DNA from: Azolla caroliniana
Lineage: Eukaryota > Plantae > Polypodiophyta
Length of the DNA: 64,000 nucleotides
Assembly: GCA_043228905.1 (NCBI GenBank)
Contig: JBHGNT010000013.1
Span: 18,352,001-18,416,000 of the forward strand
Direction of reading: 5' to 3'
The translations under genes were made by a program, and so were the position numbers. Positions 38,104 to 52,937 of this stretch are shown here, piece by piece. Numbering within the stretch: the stretch's first letter is position 1; each line of letters begins with the position of its first letter. The notes beneath the pieces are model-generated. The model worked only from the letters and a program-made list of their open reading frames with translations. It ran no database searches and had not been told where the DNA came from.

Positions 38104-38502
38104 TGTTGTCGTATAGAGTCTAGACTACTTGGAAGGGAGGTGAAATAGATTTACACTACCTATAAAAGGCTTTTGACATGGATAAAACACTAGAGGGTAG
38201 ACTCTAGATCACCAATAACCCCTCTTGCTTTTGAGTTGTGGTTCGAAAACTCTTCCAATTTCTCCTTGCAAAGCACCTCAACAAATATAGACTCTTTCCT
38301 AATAGTTGGGAGGTAACCTTTATAAATATTCTAAATGCTTAAGATTGGGTTTCAAAGCTATTGCAATTGTTACACTCCTACCTCTTAAGTCCTCAATTAC
38401 CTCTCCTTTAAAATAATTTTTACGTCCTCAATTACCTCTACCTAAAGTAATTCTCCATTTGATTTGTTGGGCCTTTATCTTGAGTACTCAACATTTCTAA
38501 CA
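38104..38502 (-). mobile_element. Possible copia solo LTR remnant
   Basis: TGTTG...TAACA ends and a GGGAGGTGAAATAG motif typical of a copia LTR end; no matching TSD. Confidence 0.35.
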
Positions 38503-40316
38503 AAATGTCAACATTAATTAAGATCATCGTCTAAACTAGAAGCCCTTGTTCCATGAAAACCCTATCAAGGCCCCATTACTATGAGGGGGATGTCATCCAC
38601 TTCTCCTTCATTGCCTATGAAACATAATTAGGCTCTTAGCAATATATTGTAGTAGTTACAACCATCGTGACGAGTTTCCTCATGTAATGCACCATTCAAA
38701 TCCTCGCATGCATGTGCCTCACATTATATGGGCCTTCTAATTAGTTCTTAAGTTTCCTTCGTACAGTGTTGTTGTCAAAATGATTGGTATATTTCAATGC
38801 TAATTAATAGGGAAGTTATTTATCACCAATGATTAAGTTTTAGGATTTTCAAAACTCTCAACTATGAATAAACCATTTTAAATGGAAACTTTACCTCATA
38901 TTTTCATAGTTTTAGCTTTATCAAACATGTACACATGTCAAACCGCTTACTTCTTCGAAGTTCTTCTTCTTAGTCATTTTGATGGGAGTTGGTCCTTTGA
39001 GAAAGCACGTAGAGCATAGTGTTATACCACCTTATAACTTGTTTAGTCACAAAGAAGGTGATGTTTTATCAATCAATTAGTTACACCGTTCGAATTCTAT
39101 TTGGTATTGTTAATTTAATCCTTACCAGTAAGTCTATGGGGAAGTAAGGTTTCTTTCTTGTGAACCAAAAGGAAATGCCAATAATACTTAAGGGAGTTAT
39201 ACAACACACATGAAGTCCAAATGGGTTCCATCCAAATATTTGTCCTATGGCTCATGATCGAAGGTTGTCTTCAAGTAGGACATCAATCTCTAGCATGAAG
39301 TGTTCCCTTTACCTTATCTCCACGTTGTTTGGTCATTTATAATATGCTAGAGAAGAGTATCAAATGTGTTTAGGTTGGGGAGTAGAACCAAAATGACATC
39401 AAGCTCAAAGATTTTGTGGCTCATGATGATATTTTGTCTTTTGACAAGCACAAAAACTCAAATATAAATAGATTTGTTAGCCAACGTGACCACATATTTA
39501 ACAATTATGGATGATGTACCCACAATTTCTTACCTAGTTGGTGTTGTAATCAATTATTGTAGTGATGTATAACCCCATGGCCATTTTTATTCTTGGTTGT
39601 ACCCACGGATTTCCCATTTCTCAAGAGTGGCCACAACCACAATTGAATTCATGGTGCTTACTAGAAATAGTATATTTCCCGCCATTTTGTGTGCTCCACA
39701 TGATGTGGTGGAAAAAGTGAACTTCACAAGTATGTTTGTGCATCTAGAGTAAATTCACTTGAATCATCCTTTTTTGGAATTGTCCATAAAACATATATTT
39801 CCTCCATATAAGTAGATCAATGTATTTGTAATGGTTGTTACTTTAAATCAGGGCATCTACATTTTGGCAATCCCCTAATAATTTGACCTTGTTCACATGT
39901 TTGTCTTTAATTTTATTTCGTTAGTGCATTTCCTTATTTGGTGCATCGAGAATTTGTACTTCATCAAAATATAGTGAACCCTTTGATACCTCTCTACTTT
40001 TTCGAATGGCTTACCATACTTGAAAATTCAAACTTCTTGTAGTTACTTTTCCTTGTAGAAATCGTGGTAGTATAAAAATGTTGTTGTATAGTCCATTAAC
40101 GAATTCGGAAACGTGCCGGGAAGGGTTGTGACATAGATTTACAAGGCTTATACATGGTTTGAGATATTGAGAACAATGTTGTCTCATAAACGAGCGTGCA
40201 TCTGCTACTTGAGAGGGACCACGACAGTCTTGGTCCAGGGAGTCAAAAAGATGGGGGAGTCAAATGGGATTAGTAAGTAAAAGAAAACTGTCCATTGAAG
40301 AAAAGACTAGTTGATG

Positions 40317-43300
40317 TGTTGAGAAACAAACTCAATTCCTCTAGTGTGGAAACACACCTTTGGAATACCCAAGCGTGTGAACATCGATCGCACCTCCTTG
40401 TATCATAAACTAAGTGTCATAGAAGTTAAGTCCTATGACACATATTTAGTATGTAGTTAAGTCACCACCTCTTTTTCAAGTGGTGGTTGTAGTGAGAGAA
40501 CATAGAGAGAAGGTGACTACATAAGGATCTTCACCTCCTCTTTGTAATTATTGGTTATTTTATTATCTTGTCAATATAGTTTTACCATTTTCTCTCCCTC
40601 TCTCTCTCTCACACATACACCTTCTGCTACACAGAATAATATTCGCTTCTTTACATGATATAAGAGTGATTGGTAACTTGATCCAAACTCATCCTCACAT
40701 GTTGTGTATACGCTGACTTTCACGGAAAACCGATTGATCGCTATAGCAACAACCTGCATAGTTTGTATCAAGAGAAGCAGGACAAGAAAACTAGCTCCAA
40801 CCAAAACACTTCAACATGAACACTCAAATGGGAAGCGCTCTTCCTATAGAGAAACTCGATAGAAACAACTTCGCATCTTGGGAGTACAAGATGCACCAAT
40901 ACCTTGTGGGTCAAGGCTATTGGAGCTATGTCGAAGGAGCACAAGAAAATCAACCCAACCCCGCACATGCCGACCACCTAGCTTGGGAGCAAGTGGCGAG
41001 TTGCGTCGGCTACATCCGAGAGGAGTGGGGGAGCCTCAAAAAGATATTTGCGGCCAACACAACCACACGAAAACTTCAACTCTGCCAAGCGCTGAATAAC
41101 ATACAACAAAGTGATATGTCAATAGGCAACTACATCTTGAAGATCAAGGAGCTGTGCGACTTCCTCGGGTCGATCAATGTCAACATTGACGACAATGAAA
41201 TGGTGCAGATATGCCTCGGCGGCATAGCACCTCAGTTCGGCGCAATAAGGTCGGTCGTCCTCGCGAGAGAAAATCCTCCCTCATTCTTCGATCTCCAATC
41301 GATGATACTGGTCGAAGAAAGCCATGTCCAAACAAGAGGCAACAAATCAGACGAACAAATACTCTACACGAACTCAAATAGAGGAAGAGGGCAAGTCCAT
41401 GGAAGAAGGGGCCAATCAGGCCGAGGCCGAAACGATGAAAGAATGTCCCATGAGCACAACTTTTATCGGCAAGAAGTCGAATACTCACGACCAAGAGCGT
41501 TTGGAAGAAGGGGGAGCAATCATGCCAAACCAAGCCAATAGAAAAATTCCATCTAGTGCGGATATTGTGGTAAATTTGGCCACTAGGAGGCAAAGTGTTG
41601 GAGAAAGAAGAGTGAGTCGGCCTTCCCAAGCTGACAACTCACCAACTACACCTCCAACTCTGGCTACGATGATCATGGCAGAATGTTTGTAATGAGGCAC
41701 AGAGCAAACTCAATGTCAGCCTCCTACCTGACCAACACCTCCAACTCTAAAGATGTATGGTTTGTCGACTCGGGTGCATCCAATCACATGACCTCTCATA
41801 AAAATTGGTTCCAAGAGCTACGAAAGCTTGAATGACCCGGCTATGTGGAAATTGGGGATGACACAATTCACCCCATTCAGCATGTCGATAATGTCCCATT
41901 CGATGAAGAGGGCTACATCAAGAACGTCTTGCATGTTTTGACAAATAACTTTAAGAATCTATTCTTTGTCGACTAGATTGTGGAACCAGGCATGCAAGTT
42001 CGGGTCAACAATAGAGGATGCTTCATGGAAAAGGAAGACCGAATTATGACTCATGGTCGAAGAGAAGGTCAGATGTTCATCCTTGATTCTCACGAGATGA
42101 AATTAGCAATGTTTGCCAAGGGCCATAGAGCCAACGTCAATATACAATTGTGGTACAAAAAGATCTGCCACATCTAGGTCCAGAAGCTCAAAGGAATGCA
42201 ATCGAAAGGAGTCATCATCAAACTCCCAACCTTTACCAAGAATGGGATTGTAGGTGTATGCGAAGCCTGCCGATTCCGTAAACAACACCGACAACCGTTC
42301 CCCAAGGAGAGGAATGTGAGCAAAAGGATTCTGGATGTAATATAATCAGACGTATGGGGACAAGCCCAAATGGCAACATTCGATGGTTGCCGATACTATG
42401 TGACGTTCATCGACGACTTCTCTAGACACACATAGATATTCCCTATGCGGCAAAAGAGTGAAGTGTTCTTGCACTTCCAAAAGTTTAAAAACGAAGTCGA
42501 AAAGGCAATCGGTCATCATGTATGGTGCCTTAGATCGGATGGCAACAAAGAGTACTTCTCTGATGCCTTTACAACATACATTCGACAAGAAGGAATCCAA
42601 CAGGAGTTTACTTGCCGACACATACCTCAACAAAACGGAGTAGTTGAACGAAAGAACAAGCATATACTCGAGGTGGCATGGGCAATGATGAATGAAAAAC
42701 ATCTACGGAAATCATACTAAGTTGAAGCGATGAACACAACCGTCTATCTAATGAATCGTTGCACAACATCCGGAGTGCACAATATTACCTCCCACGAGAA
42801 GTTCTATGGAAAGATGAACAAATCTATCCCACGTTAGGATATTCGGCTCGATCGCGTACGTTTTTATTCCCGACGAGAAGTGGTAGAAGCTTGATCCTAA
42901 GTCAGAGAAATTTATAAGTGCTTCAACCTCTCTACCAAGGAGGTACGAGTGAGTAGGGATGTCATATTTGATGAATCAACATCTTGGTACATAAACGACT
43001 CAACTCCATCTGATCTAACCGAAACCGATTTCGACATAGATTTAGAGGAGGTTGATCGTCTAAGGCTCACAACAGAGAGAAGTCCAATCTCAACTAGGTT
43101 GAGTGGACCACAGGAGCCTCTAAGCGACCACAACATCATGCATGTCACGACCAAGTTCAAAATTGGACAAAGGAAAGGCTAAAATGCCTGAGTACAAAGA
43201 CTTAGATGGAAACGAATCAACTCACTCACTCGACAGTGAGTATGGTGGATTAGATGTTCCTATCATGAGGACACCAGGAGCCAAGAAAGTGTTCACGAAG

Positions 43301-43730
43301 ACAAGTGAACCACTACGTTGCTCCACCCAAGTAAAGAACATAGTTAACCGATTTGGTGACAACAACTACATGGCATATCACTATGCCTTTGGGATGAAGG
43401 TGGTGACAATTCAGAAACCAGAAAACTTTAAGGACCCGTGATGGGTCAAATTGATGAATGAGGAGATGCAAGCACTCTCCAAAAATGAGACTTGGGATCT
43501 CCTGCCCTCTTCACCCCACCAAAAGGCAATTGGATGCCGGTGGATATTCAAGGTGAAGCACAATGCTGGCAGCACTGCCAATTGGTATAAGGCTCGACTT
43601 GTGGCGAAAGGGTATGCATAGACTCATGGGGTCGATTGTGAAGAGACCTTTGCCCAAGTGGCAAAAATGACTACCATTCAGACCTTGATATCTTCACGAA
43701 GGCCCTGGGGTCGACAAGTTGCGATAGTTC
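40317..43730 (+). mobile_element. Copia element A2 (5' LTR 40317-40655, degenerate PBS, gag, pol fragments), sister copy of A1
   Basis: Gag ORF 40816-41541; 41700-43730 is colinear with 1-2070, sharing stop codons and the RT-to-RNase H deletion. Confidence 0.92.
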
Positions 43731-44287
43731 GTGAAGACACGAAGACTCAACCCACACGACGATGACGATGAAGAAGAAGAAGAACCCTAATAGGAAACAA
43801 GAAAGTAAGAAGAAGAAGAAGAACTAACACACCTTCGACCTAAGTGGTATACCCTCCTAACTCAAAATGGGCAACCCTTTTACAACGGACACTCCCTTCC
43901 TTTTATAGAAAAAGGAGAGGGATACGTAATAATGTGGGATAAATCCCTTATTACATGGGGTTCTCTGTCCCAACTTAACTCCTATTCGGCGCCATAAAGG
44001 CACCCCTATTATTCACATGTTTATACAAGGGTAGGTGCACATGATGCGCTCCGCCGATTCCTCCAATATCTCCCGGTTTCTCACAGTAGCCCAAAATCTT
44101 CACGACAACGGTATGTTGATGATGGTATTGTTGATGGTGTGATGGCAGAGACGTTGTGGGGTTGGTAAATGTTGCGGGGTGGGGGTTGGCACCTAGAATG
44201 ACTCTACCCCCTCCCCAAGTGGGGTTATTCATTATCGTCAATGGCATTCTCACAATCAAACCTATGCATACATTTGAGGTCAATACA

Positions 44288-45900
44288 TTAAGCCCTATAA
44301 TTGGATTCTAGTGTCCATTCACCGAGTAAGAACTTATGTATACGATCCAAAATACCTTCTGAAAGTAGCACATAGTCAATTACACTATTTCCATTGTGTT
44401 TTCTACATGTAAGACTATTAGTGTTGGTCCATAAAGGGACACCATTTGCAATAAGAAATTTGGTACTATTATACATTTGTAGGAGTAACTTCCCAAATTG
44501 GTTCAGATCTTTTTCATTGCTAGAAGAACGGCTATACATTTGTATACCCGCTTGCATCCTTGAGATATGTAGCATGAAATATTGGTGTGCACCAAGTTGG
44601 AAACTTCTTGTACGAGCATTCATGTCACCAAAGATAATAACTTCCCCTTTGGATTTGAAATAAGCAATATCATCTTCTAGATTTTGGCAAAAGGTTGATC
44701 TTTATCCAAACAAGCATAAAAGTTAAAATCTTGATGAGGAATGTATCGTCCAACTACAAAAGTGGGCAAATCATTATGTGTTTCTATTTTGAGCCATATG
44801 TAGCATTTATGTTCATCATTTTTTTACGATTGACACATATTTCTCTATTTCCTTCTTAATCAAACATGCCACCCCTACTTGTCCTCTTTTTTATCTTTGA
44901 TTTTTCTCCCATATCAAAGAGTATACATTATAGTTTCCTAAACCTTCATTGCTTTGAGTATTATGCTCGCATGTTTCAACAAGTGTAATATCCAAGTCAT
45001 TGGTGAACTCCTTTATGCCAAATCCTGCATTCTATGGGTATCCATTGCAATTCCAAAAGCATAGTCGTAAAAGACGTGGGTTAGTCTCATAGGTCATGTG
45101 TCCCTACTTGCCTACATTTCCATCTTTAGGCACACCCTTAACCTTATTTTTCAATCTTTCTTCATATGCTTTACAGGGGGCATTTTGTTGTGAGATAGTA
45201 CGATCTTCACTCACAAAGCATTGTGTACCTTTGAGGTGTACCTGCCGCTTTGTACATCCGTCATTGTGCATACAATAGGCTTTTCTCTTGAGCAAGTAAC
45301 ACCATGTTTCCCAACTCGGTGTGTCCCAAATACATTCACATTGGAGATACCATAATGCATACTAGAAAATTCACCAATGGCCTTTCCGAGGTATGCGGAT
45401 GTTTCCACACTCTCCTCTTTAATCCCACGAATGACAATGTTCTTTGATCGTCGTTCACGTTCTTTCAATTCTCGGGCATCTATGCTTTCTATATTCTTCT
45501 CTTGATTCATCGCATGCATAATAGATGAGTTTGATACCACATCCCCACCACATACATCGGCCCATGACTTCGTTGTGCATACATTTTTCATCTCACTTAC
45601 ATCCCGCCGCATCGTATCCATTTTTTCTTCTTTTAGTGCTTCCTTTAACTCAATCTTGTTGAGGCACTCATTTGTTTTGAAAGCTCTTTTACATTCTTGA
45701 ATCTCTTCTTCAAGTTTTGTAACCATTTTCTTAAGGCCTTCATTCTCAATGACAACTATTTGGAGCTTAACATTCTCTTTCATTAGTATCCTAATCCCTT
45801 CACCTTACTTGTTTATGGTTACTTGAAGAGAAATCAAGTGACTCATAATCATTTTGTTCATTGTGGCTTATTTTATTGCATTGGCATCAAGAACCGTTGG
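44288..45900 (-). mobile_element. LINE fragment: ORF1 (coiled coil plus RRSKNIVIRG) and APE endonuclease; RT end missing
   Basis: ORF 45211-45783 (KSWADV, ERERRSKNIVIRGIKEE). Endonuclease motifs WNCNG, GDMNART, NQFGKLLL, IANG, SVIDY. Confidence 0.8.
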
Positions 45901-47639
45901 TGATCTTGGCCCATTATCAATACACCACCTAGAGCATTGAGCTCATATGTGCATACCTTATTCATGCATAGACACGTTGTGCTTCATTGTATGGATACCT
46001 CTTTTTAGGAAGGAGACACATATCAAGAACACATGTATACTCTAGTCCCATAGGTCAAAACTGGCCTCTTTATGGACAATAAAAAAATTCTAAATTCTAA
46101 ACTCTCTCTCAATGGTACCTTTTTCTCTCTATTATTGAAAATATATAAATGACTTAACCAGATTGAGTCGGTTAAGAAAGGCTCAAGCCAAACCAAACCA
46201 AGCGCAAATCAGTTACGAAAGCTCAAGCCTTAAACGAACCAAACCACCAAACTGTTAAATGGCTTGGTTTAAGTTTGAACCGAACCATTGCTGACTCCTA
46301 GAAAGTGGGATGGACAAATTGAATTGGAACAATTTTTTATATTTTAAAAGAATGGTGTTTAATGCTCCATTAAGTAATTTTTCCTAAGAGCACATTCAAG
46401 GTGTTTTCTATTAATATACACGCAAGCGGTGGGCCTAGACCTTTATAAGATCCACATAATTAATTCATATGATAGATGGTTCACCCAACCATGGTATCCT
46501 CTCATTTCCAAGGCATGCCTTATTTGGGTTCATTTATCATCCTATCAATTCATCCTCTCATGAACAATTTAAAAATCACACAACTTTGAAACGTGAATCA
46601 ACATATGAAGAAATCAACAAGACAAGAGAAACTAATGTTTGAGAAGGAAATCATTGTACCTTTATGTGGCTATTAGAAAGTAAATAGGGCGATTTCAGAA
46701 TAATATATTGTGATATGTCTATTTTAGGTAATGGTATAACATTATTAAAGTTTCATCAAGCTTTCTAGTTGTTAAGTATGTACTTGTTAGTAAGTAAAAA
46801 ACTCCTAGTTAAAGTATGGGTTTTAGATTGACTAAAACATATATTTAAAACTATTAAATGAAACACAAAAGCTAAACCATGTATGACATGCATTAACTGA
46901 TACACATCCAAGAGAGTGAAAGTGTATGTGTGTTGAGCTACCATATTTTATGTCGTTATGGATTTATTTCTAGGCGGCAATAACAATTTACAATAAACAT
47001 TCAGTTGAGTGAGAAATTATGGGTGAATATGAGGATCATGTTGATGTGGGATGCATATGAGACACCAGACAACTCCATTATCTTCTTTGCCTTAAATTGA
47101 AGGGTTAGGAGAATGGCAAACTAATATAGGGCCTAGAAGGAAATGGTTCTCCACTTGACATTGGAGATGAGGGGTTCTTTCCACCAAACTAGAGGCATGT
47201 TAGTAGGTTATTGGTGGATTGCTCTATAGTGAGCGCCAATGCTCCCAACGTGTCCATGATCAAATTTGTCCATAGTAACAAGATGGTAGTTAGTTGCTGT
47301 CATCGGAAGACATTGCTTGACTTCAGACATTGGAATTAGTTGATAAAGTGATCTCATTACAGGATTTATGAAGCTGGTTGATTTTGTAGGCATTTTTGTT
47401 GTCAAAGGTTGAGGGCTAATGTGGAAAAAACTCTGAGATGTTGTTTATATGTTGACTATGGTCTTCAATACTTTTGTCTACAACATGAAGTTTTTAGAAA
47501 CCATGACAAGGGGCAAACGAAAATGTGTTTCAGACGCTTCTAACTACAAATGTGGCCATTTGGAATGTAATCATGATAAAATGGATTTGTTTTTACATGA
47601 TGGATATTGTTTTTTCCTTTACATGTGGTCTCCTAGCTT

Positions 47640-49520
47640 GCCGTAGCTATTGACAAGGGAAAATAAATTCGCGGTGACATTGCGGATATGGCTCTTGTGG
47701 ATAATGATATGATGGTATTGGGCAATGCTTCGATGGACATGTATGACAAATGTGGTAGGTTTGGAACAGCCAAGGAAGTGCTGGAAAAGTTTGTTTTTCA
47801 AGATTTGAATAGCTTGGAATGCACTCATTATAACATATGTCTAGCATGGACAAGGCCACAAAGCATTCAATTCATTTGAATAAGTGCAAAGCATGGGCAT
47901 TTCTCTGATTTGGATAATGGTATGACAAGCTCTCATATTCTCCAAAAAGGTTTTCTAGCAAAGAATAACCATCTTGGAAGTAGTTTAGTATAGATGTATG
48001 CAAAATGTGTTGACCTAGTAAAAGTTGAACAAGTATTCACTGAACTACCCAGGAAGACTATTGTTGCTTGGAATGCGTGCATCACAGGATGCATTGAATG
48101 CGGCCAACCTTATGATGCCATAAAATGGATTATTTTATTCCACCTTATGTGTCTTTGCTCAAGGCTTGCACTATGTTGCAAGATCTTGAGACTATAAATA
48201 CGAAATGCGACTTTTTCGCAGAGGCACTCAATGTGTTCAAAAGACTTCCATTACAGAATATAGTCTCTTGGAAAACACTAGTTTCAGGATATGCTCGAAA
48301 TGAGCGTCGGGAGGATGCTCTTATATGCCATTCACGTATGGATTCAAAAGGAATATCTCTGAATGTCGTGGCCTTTGTTTGGGGCTTGAAAACATGTGGA
48401 AGTATTTGAGCAATAGAAAAAGGACAAGAGAGTGCACAACATTATCTGCAAATAGGGTTTGAAACATGGTCTTGTATGGTTTATTTCCTAAGTGGACAAC
48501 ACTTATTTCAGGGTATGCTGAGCAGGACTACCAGCTTGATCAATTATATAGTCTTCTGGAACACACTGCTTCCAAGATATGTTGAGTTTGGGCCAATAAC
48601 AAAGTGCTCCATTGTTTTACACAGATTCAGTTAGATGGTTTATTTTCTGAGTGGACAACATTTATCTAAGGGTAATGTAGTATCTTGAACTGCATTAATT
48701 TGTGAATATGATGAGTATGTTATGTTGAAGAGCTTCAAGATATGCTAATCTAGATGCAAATGGAGGGTGTAGCCCCAAATCTTTCAATCATCTCTCATTT
48801 TGGTAAAACAAGGGCTCAACAGTTTTGGTCTTACGTGGTGTAATGGATTTCAATTGTTATGTTGGCTTCATGCATTTTGGCATTTTCTTGAAGTATACAA
48901 TCTTTTTGAAGACAACACTTAACTTTCACTTGACTCAAACAGTTTGTGGTATGGTTTGGTGTGGACCCATAGTAGCAGTATGGGCAATTTTAAATGGAGA
49001 TTTAGAGAGAACCATGTCATCCTCGAATATTTGAAATAGGATTTCAATTGTTGTGTTGGCTTCATGCAGTTTGGCATGCTTCTTGAATTATACAATCTTT
49101 TTGAAGACAACAATGAACTCTTCTTGGACTCAAACAATGTGTGGGAATCTGAAGGACTTGCTTACTATGGTATTAGAGATATGTGGAACATGGATTTAGT
49201 GAGACAACACTCTCCCTCTTTGTGCAAATGCAAAGACTTGTGTCACACTTGTTTGCTGCCTGAAAGCATGTGGCAGCATTAGAGCTACATTAGCAGGCAA
49301 TGAAATTCACAAGGATATTGCACAAAAAGTTGTTGAAATATATTAAATTATTGGCAATACATTAGTAGATGTGTATGTGAAATGTGGGTCACTTGCCAAG
49401 GCACAGGTAGTATTTCACAGGCTTTCAGTCTCGGAACAAGTCTCTTGGAATGCATGATTGCAAGATATGCTGAGAATGGGAAACTTTAGGAAATGCTCAA
49501 TCAATTTCATCAAACGAAGG
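47640..49520 (+). pseudogene. Highly degenerate PLS-class PPR pseudogene
   Basis: Fragments LGNASMDMYDKCG, MYAKC...VAWNACITG, NIVSWKTLVSGYA, GNTLVDVYVKCG with many stops and frameshifts. Confidence 0.8.
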
Positions 49521-49639
49521 ATCCATGGCTAGCCACTGTCTTACACAAGATGGGCTTGGGAAGGATAGTCACTTCCTTTCCAACTATTTTGTATTTTGTC
49601 GTTGATATGCCCTTTTTAAAACTAATGGAAGGATATGTT

Positions 49640-51000
49640 GTCTAAAAAAAAAACAAGATGGTAGTTAATGGCACCTTCATCTAGTCATGCTGCTACAACA
49701 AAGTTTATGGAGAGTTGTGCCAAATTAATATTCAATTGGAATTAGATGAATTTCACAATTGACAAAGATGCATTGCAAATGCCGTTTTCTTTCCTCATTT
49801 AATAGTTACGGAATTCTCTTCCTTCAGTAACAAGATCCCCATCCTAATGGATCCCACACTCTACGTCACTTCATACCTTGATACAAGTTGCCTAGTAGCG
49901 TTTCTCAACATACTGGACCTCAAGTGGACAAGGATCCTTGATCCTAACAATACAAAAAAGGCTCAAGTTAGGACAACTAGAAATATCTCCATCTTCCATC
50001 ATAGTTTCAATTTGATTTTTATTGATGATAAGGTTGTTTTTAATGTTTGGAACATAATTTCAATTTGGTTTGATATAATTTTAGATTTTGGCCTCCCAAA
50101 AAGCGCACATCATAGAATGGAACATTTTAATGAACATGCACTTAACCAAATGTTTATTCTATTGGTTTCATCACTAACTAAATTTATTTATATGTATCTA
50201 TAAAACATATTATAAAATGCTTACACTCGTTTTGCAGTGGAGGATTCCACAATGGATTATGATAAAATAACGGAAAATGAAAATAACTCTAGTGATCTTG
50301 TCAATGACATTCAAGCTTCTATGGACAATTCCTCCCCTGAAGAGAAATTACCGACAAGTTTGTTAGAGTATTTTAATTATAAATGATGATTACAATAAGA
50401 AAAATAGTTGTACATTTTCAACTTAACTATGATGCCAAATTATGTTTTAATGATGCATGATTATATCTTTAATCTAATAATGGTTACAAAACAAAAATTT
50501 ACGATCATTGGTTAGTAATGTTCTCTTATATCCTTTTTATAACGGCTTATGCATATTGAACTATTTTTCAATCATGCTAGAAATGCTACCATTTCTTTCA
50601 AATCTAGTATTTCTCAATATTTCATGCATTACTATACATGACATTAATGTCGTGACTTATATGATTCTAGCATTTCCCATATCACGTTATTTTGGGTACT
50701 TCAAGTCGTTAATGTAAGAAATTCTGCCAATTAAGAATTAGTATGGTGCATGACTGCTAGAGAATGTTACTTCCATTCTTTGGCAATGGTTGATTTTCCG
50801 TATTTTATGAACATATTTCAAAAGTGTCGAAAGCATCTATGTTGAAAGCATCTCATTCTATAGTAGTGACATTCGTCAAACTTGAAATAAGTAAGGGTAG
50901 ATTAATAATGTTGTGGGAATGGATCTTATATCATCCTTATAACTTATATGTCCCATCAAACAACATGGACATAATGATTTATTGCTATAGAATACTACAA
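49640..51000. repeat. Segmental duplicate of ~55010-56375
   Basis: Colinear sequence; ORF translations at 50508 and 55909 are nearly identical. Confidence 0.85.
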
Positions 51001-52937
51001 TATCGAGAAAAGAAAACCTTGTAAATTATTGGAAAAAAGTGCACATTCATTATGGGTGATATTGATGTGGGCGATATATACGGAATTGGTAATAATATTA
51101 TGTCACTTTTGTGGCACTAATTGTCTATCCCTAATTAGAACATTAATCTAAGACCAAGTCCAAAAGCAGTTGTACATTTTTCAATGCACATGCAACAAGA
51201 TCACATTAAAGTTAATAACGATATGGGCCATACATTGCAAATTTGTCCACCCATAACTAGAACGTTTTAGCAATTGCATATGTTTAATCGTATACATATA
51301 AGATTGCATGTATGTATTATTGTATGCATCTATGTTTGTGACACTAAACATGTATTGTTAGAAATATTAAGAATTGACTAGATAAACATATAGCATTAGA
51401 CTCATAGAGATGTATACTGCATCAATGAATTCCGGAACATGCCTAGAAGGGTTGTGACATAGATTTACAAAGCTTATACATGGTTTGACATGTTGAGAAA
51501 AATGTCGTCACATAAACGCGCATGTGTCTGCTACTTGGGAGGGACCAATAGGTTCTTGGACTAGGGTGTCGAATGATGGAGGAGGAGTCAAATGGGAGTA
51601 GTAAGTTGAAGAAAAGTGTATATTGAAGAAATGCCTAGTCGAAGAGACAAGGATGCTAGAGAAACTTGTCGAAGAAAGAAGATGTCAATGAGACGACAAC
51701 TCAAAGAAAGGACTACTCGAAGAAAGAACATGTCGAAGAAACTAATAGAAGAAACGACTAGTCAAAGAAAAGACCAGTGAAGGAAACCACTAGAAAAATA
51801 AAGATGAAGAAGAATCAGAGCGAATGCTCATGGAGCTTGGAGTAGTTAGAGTCCGTCAATGCTAACTAGGTCATCTCTAATGCTTGATGGAGAGTTTAAA
51901 CACATGATTAATGTGATGAGCATGAGTTTAAGACAAAATAACCTTGTATTAAGAAGTAGACGCTAGATTACATAAAAAAAGGCCCTTTATAAAATAAGGT
52001 TACAATTAGAAAGGGGATGGATTACATTGGTGCCAAGCTCAAGTTAACCACGAGCTCAAACAAGAGAAGAAAATGAGAGGAGTCAACCTTCTTCTGTAGG
52101 TCATTGAGACAACAACTACCTCCGACGGCTACGATGCCTCGAATCGGGGTAGAGCTCTTGTGCCGCTCCATCCTCCCTACGAACAAACAGTGTGCTAACT
52201 TGCCGCCTCCTTGTTGCCTCCACTAGAGCGTCGAAAACCCCAGACAAAGAAGAGTCAAAGAAAAAAAGAAAATCGAAGGCGCCACACAAAACAAAGAAGA
52301 CTTCACGCAACTCCAATAAGACTCCCCGCAAACTTCAGAAGATGAACATGAACACTCCCGAGCTCCCAAAACCACTGAAGAAGACCACCAAAAAAACGAT
52401 GACTAACGAAAAAGACCCAAAATAAGCCTCATTTGCATTAAATGCAAATGTCCCTTTCCCTATAAAAAATGAAATATATTTTAATGTGGTCACTCCTACA
52501 CATATTGAATGGCCTTAACCACTAGCTCATTCATGTTTATTGAGGAATTAATAAACATAAATGAACTACACATATGTATACTTTGTGGATCCTCTTTCTT
52601 TGCCCCTTTTCCCACATGTTACACATTCTCCCTCTTTTACTTTTTCACACGTGCTTTCACTCCATTCTGTATCCCCTTTTTAGCATCACGACAACGTTAG
52701 TAACAAGTTTACCATGTTAACAAAAATTCAAAGACAATTATGCTAGCATCTTCATAGTCTTATCTTGCTTTCTCCTATGAGATTGAAAAGTTGATGATGT
52801 GGTCAGAGATAAGTTGGTGAGTACAACAATTTGAAATCATGTTTTACTTCTTTTTTCTTTATATAAAAATATGTGTGTCATATCTACTAAATTAATATTA
52901 TTTTATGGGCTTATATGCCCACCTATTAACTAGAATG

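Noticed and set aside
39400-40080. Possible MULE SWIM-finger or Ulp1 remnant on the minus strand (NCGCGH)
   Set aside because: Too degenerate, with stops in every frame examined; cannot be supported by eye
43732-43975. Possible solo LTR truncating element A2
   Set aside because: Composition is LTR-like but no clear CA terminus or TSD
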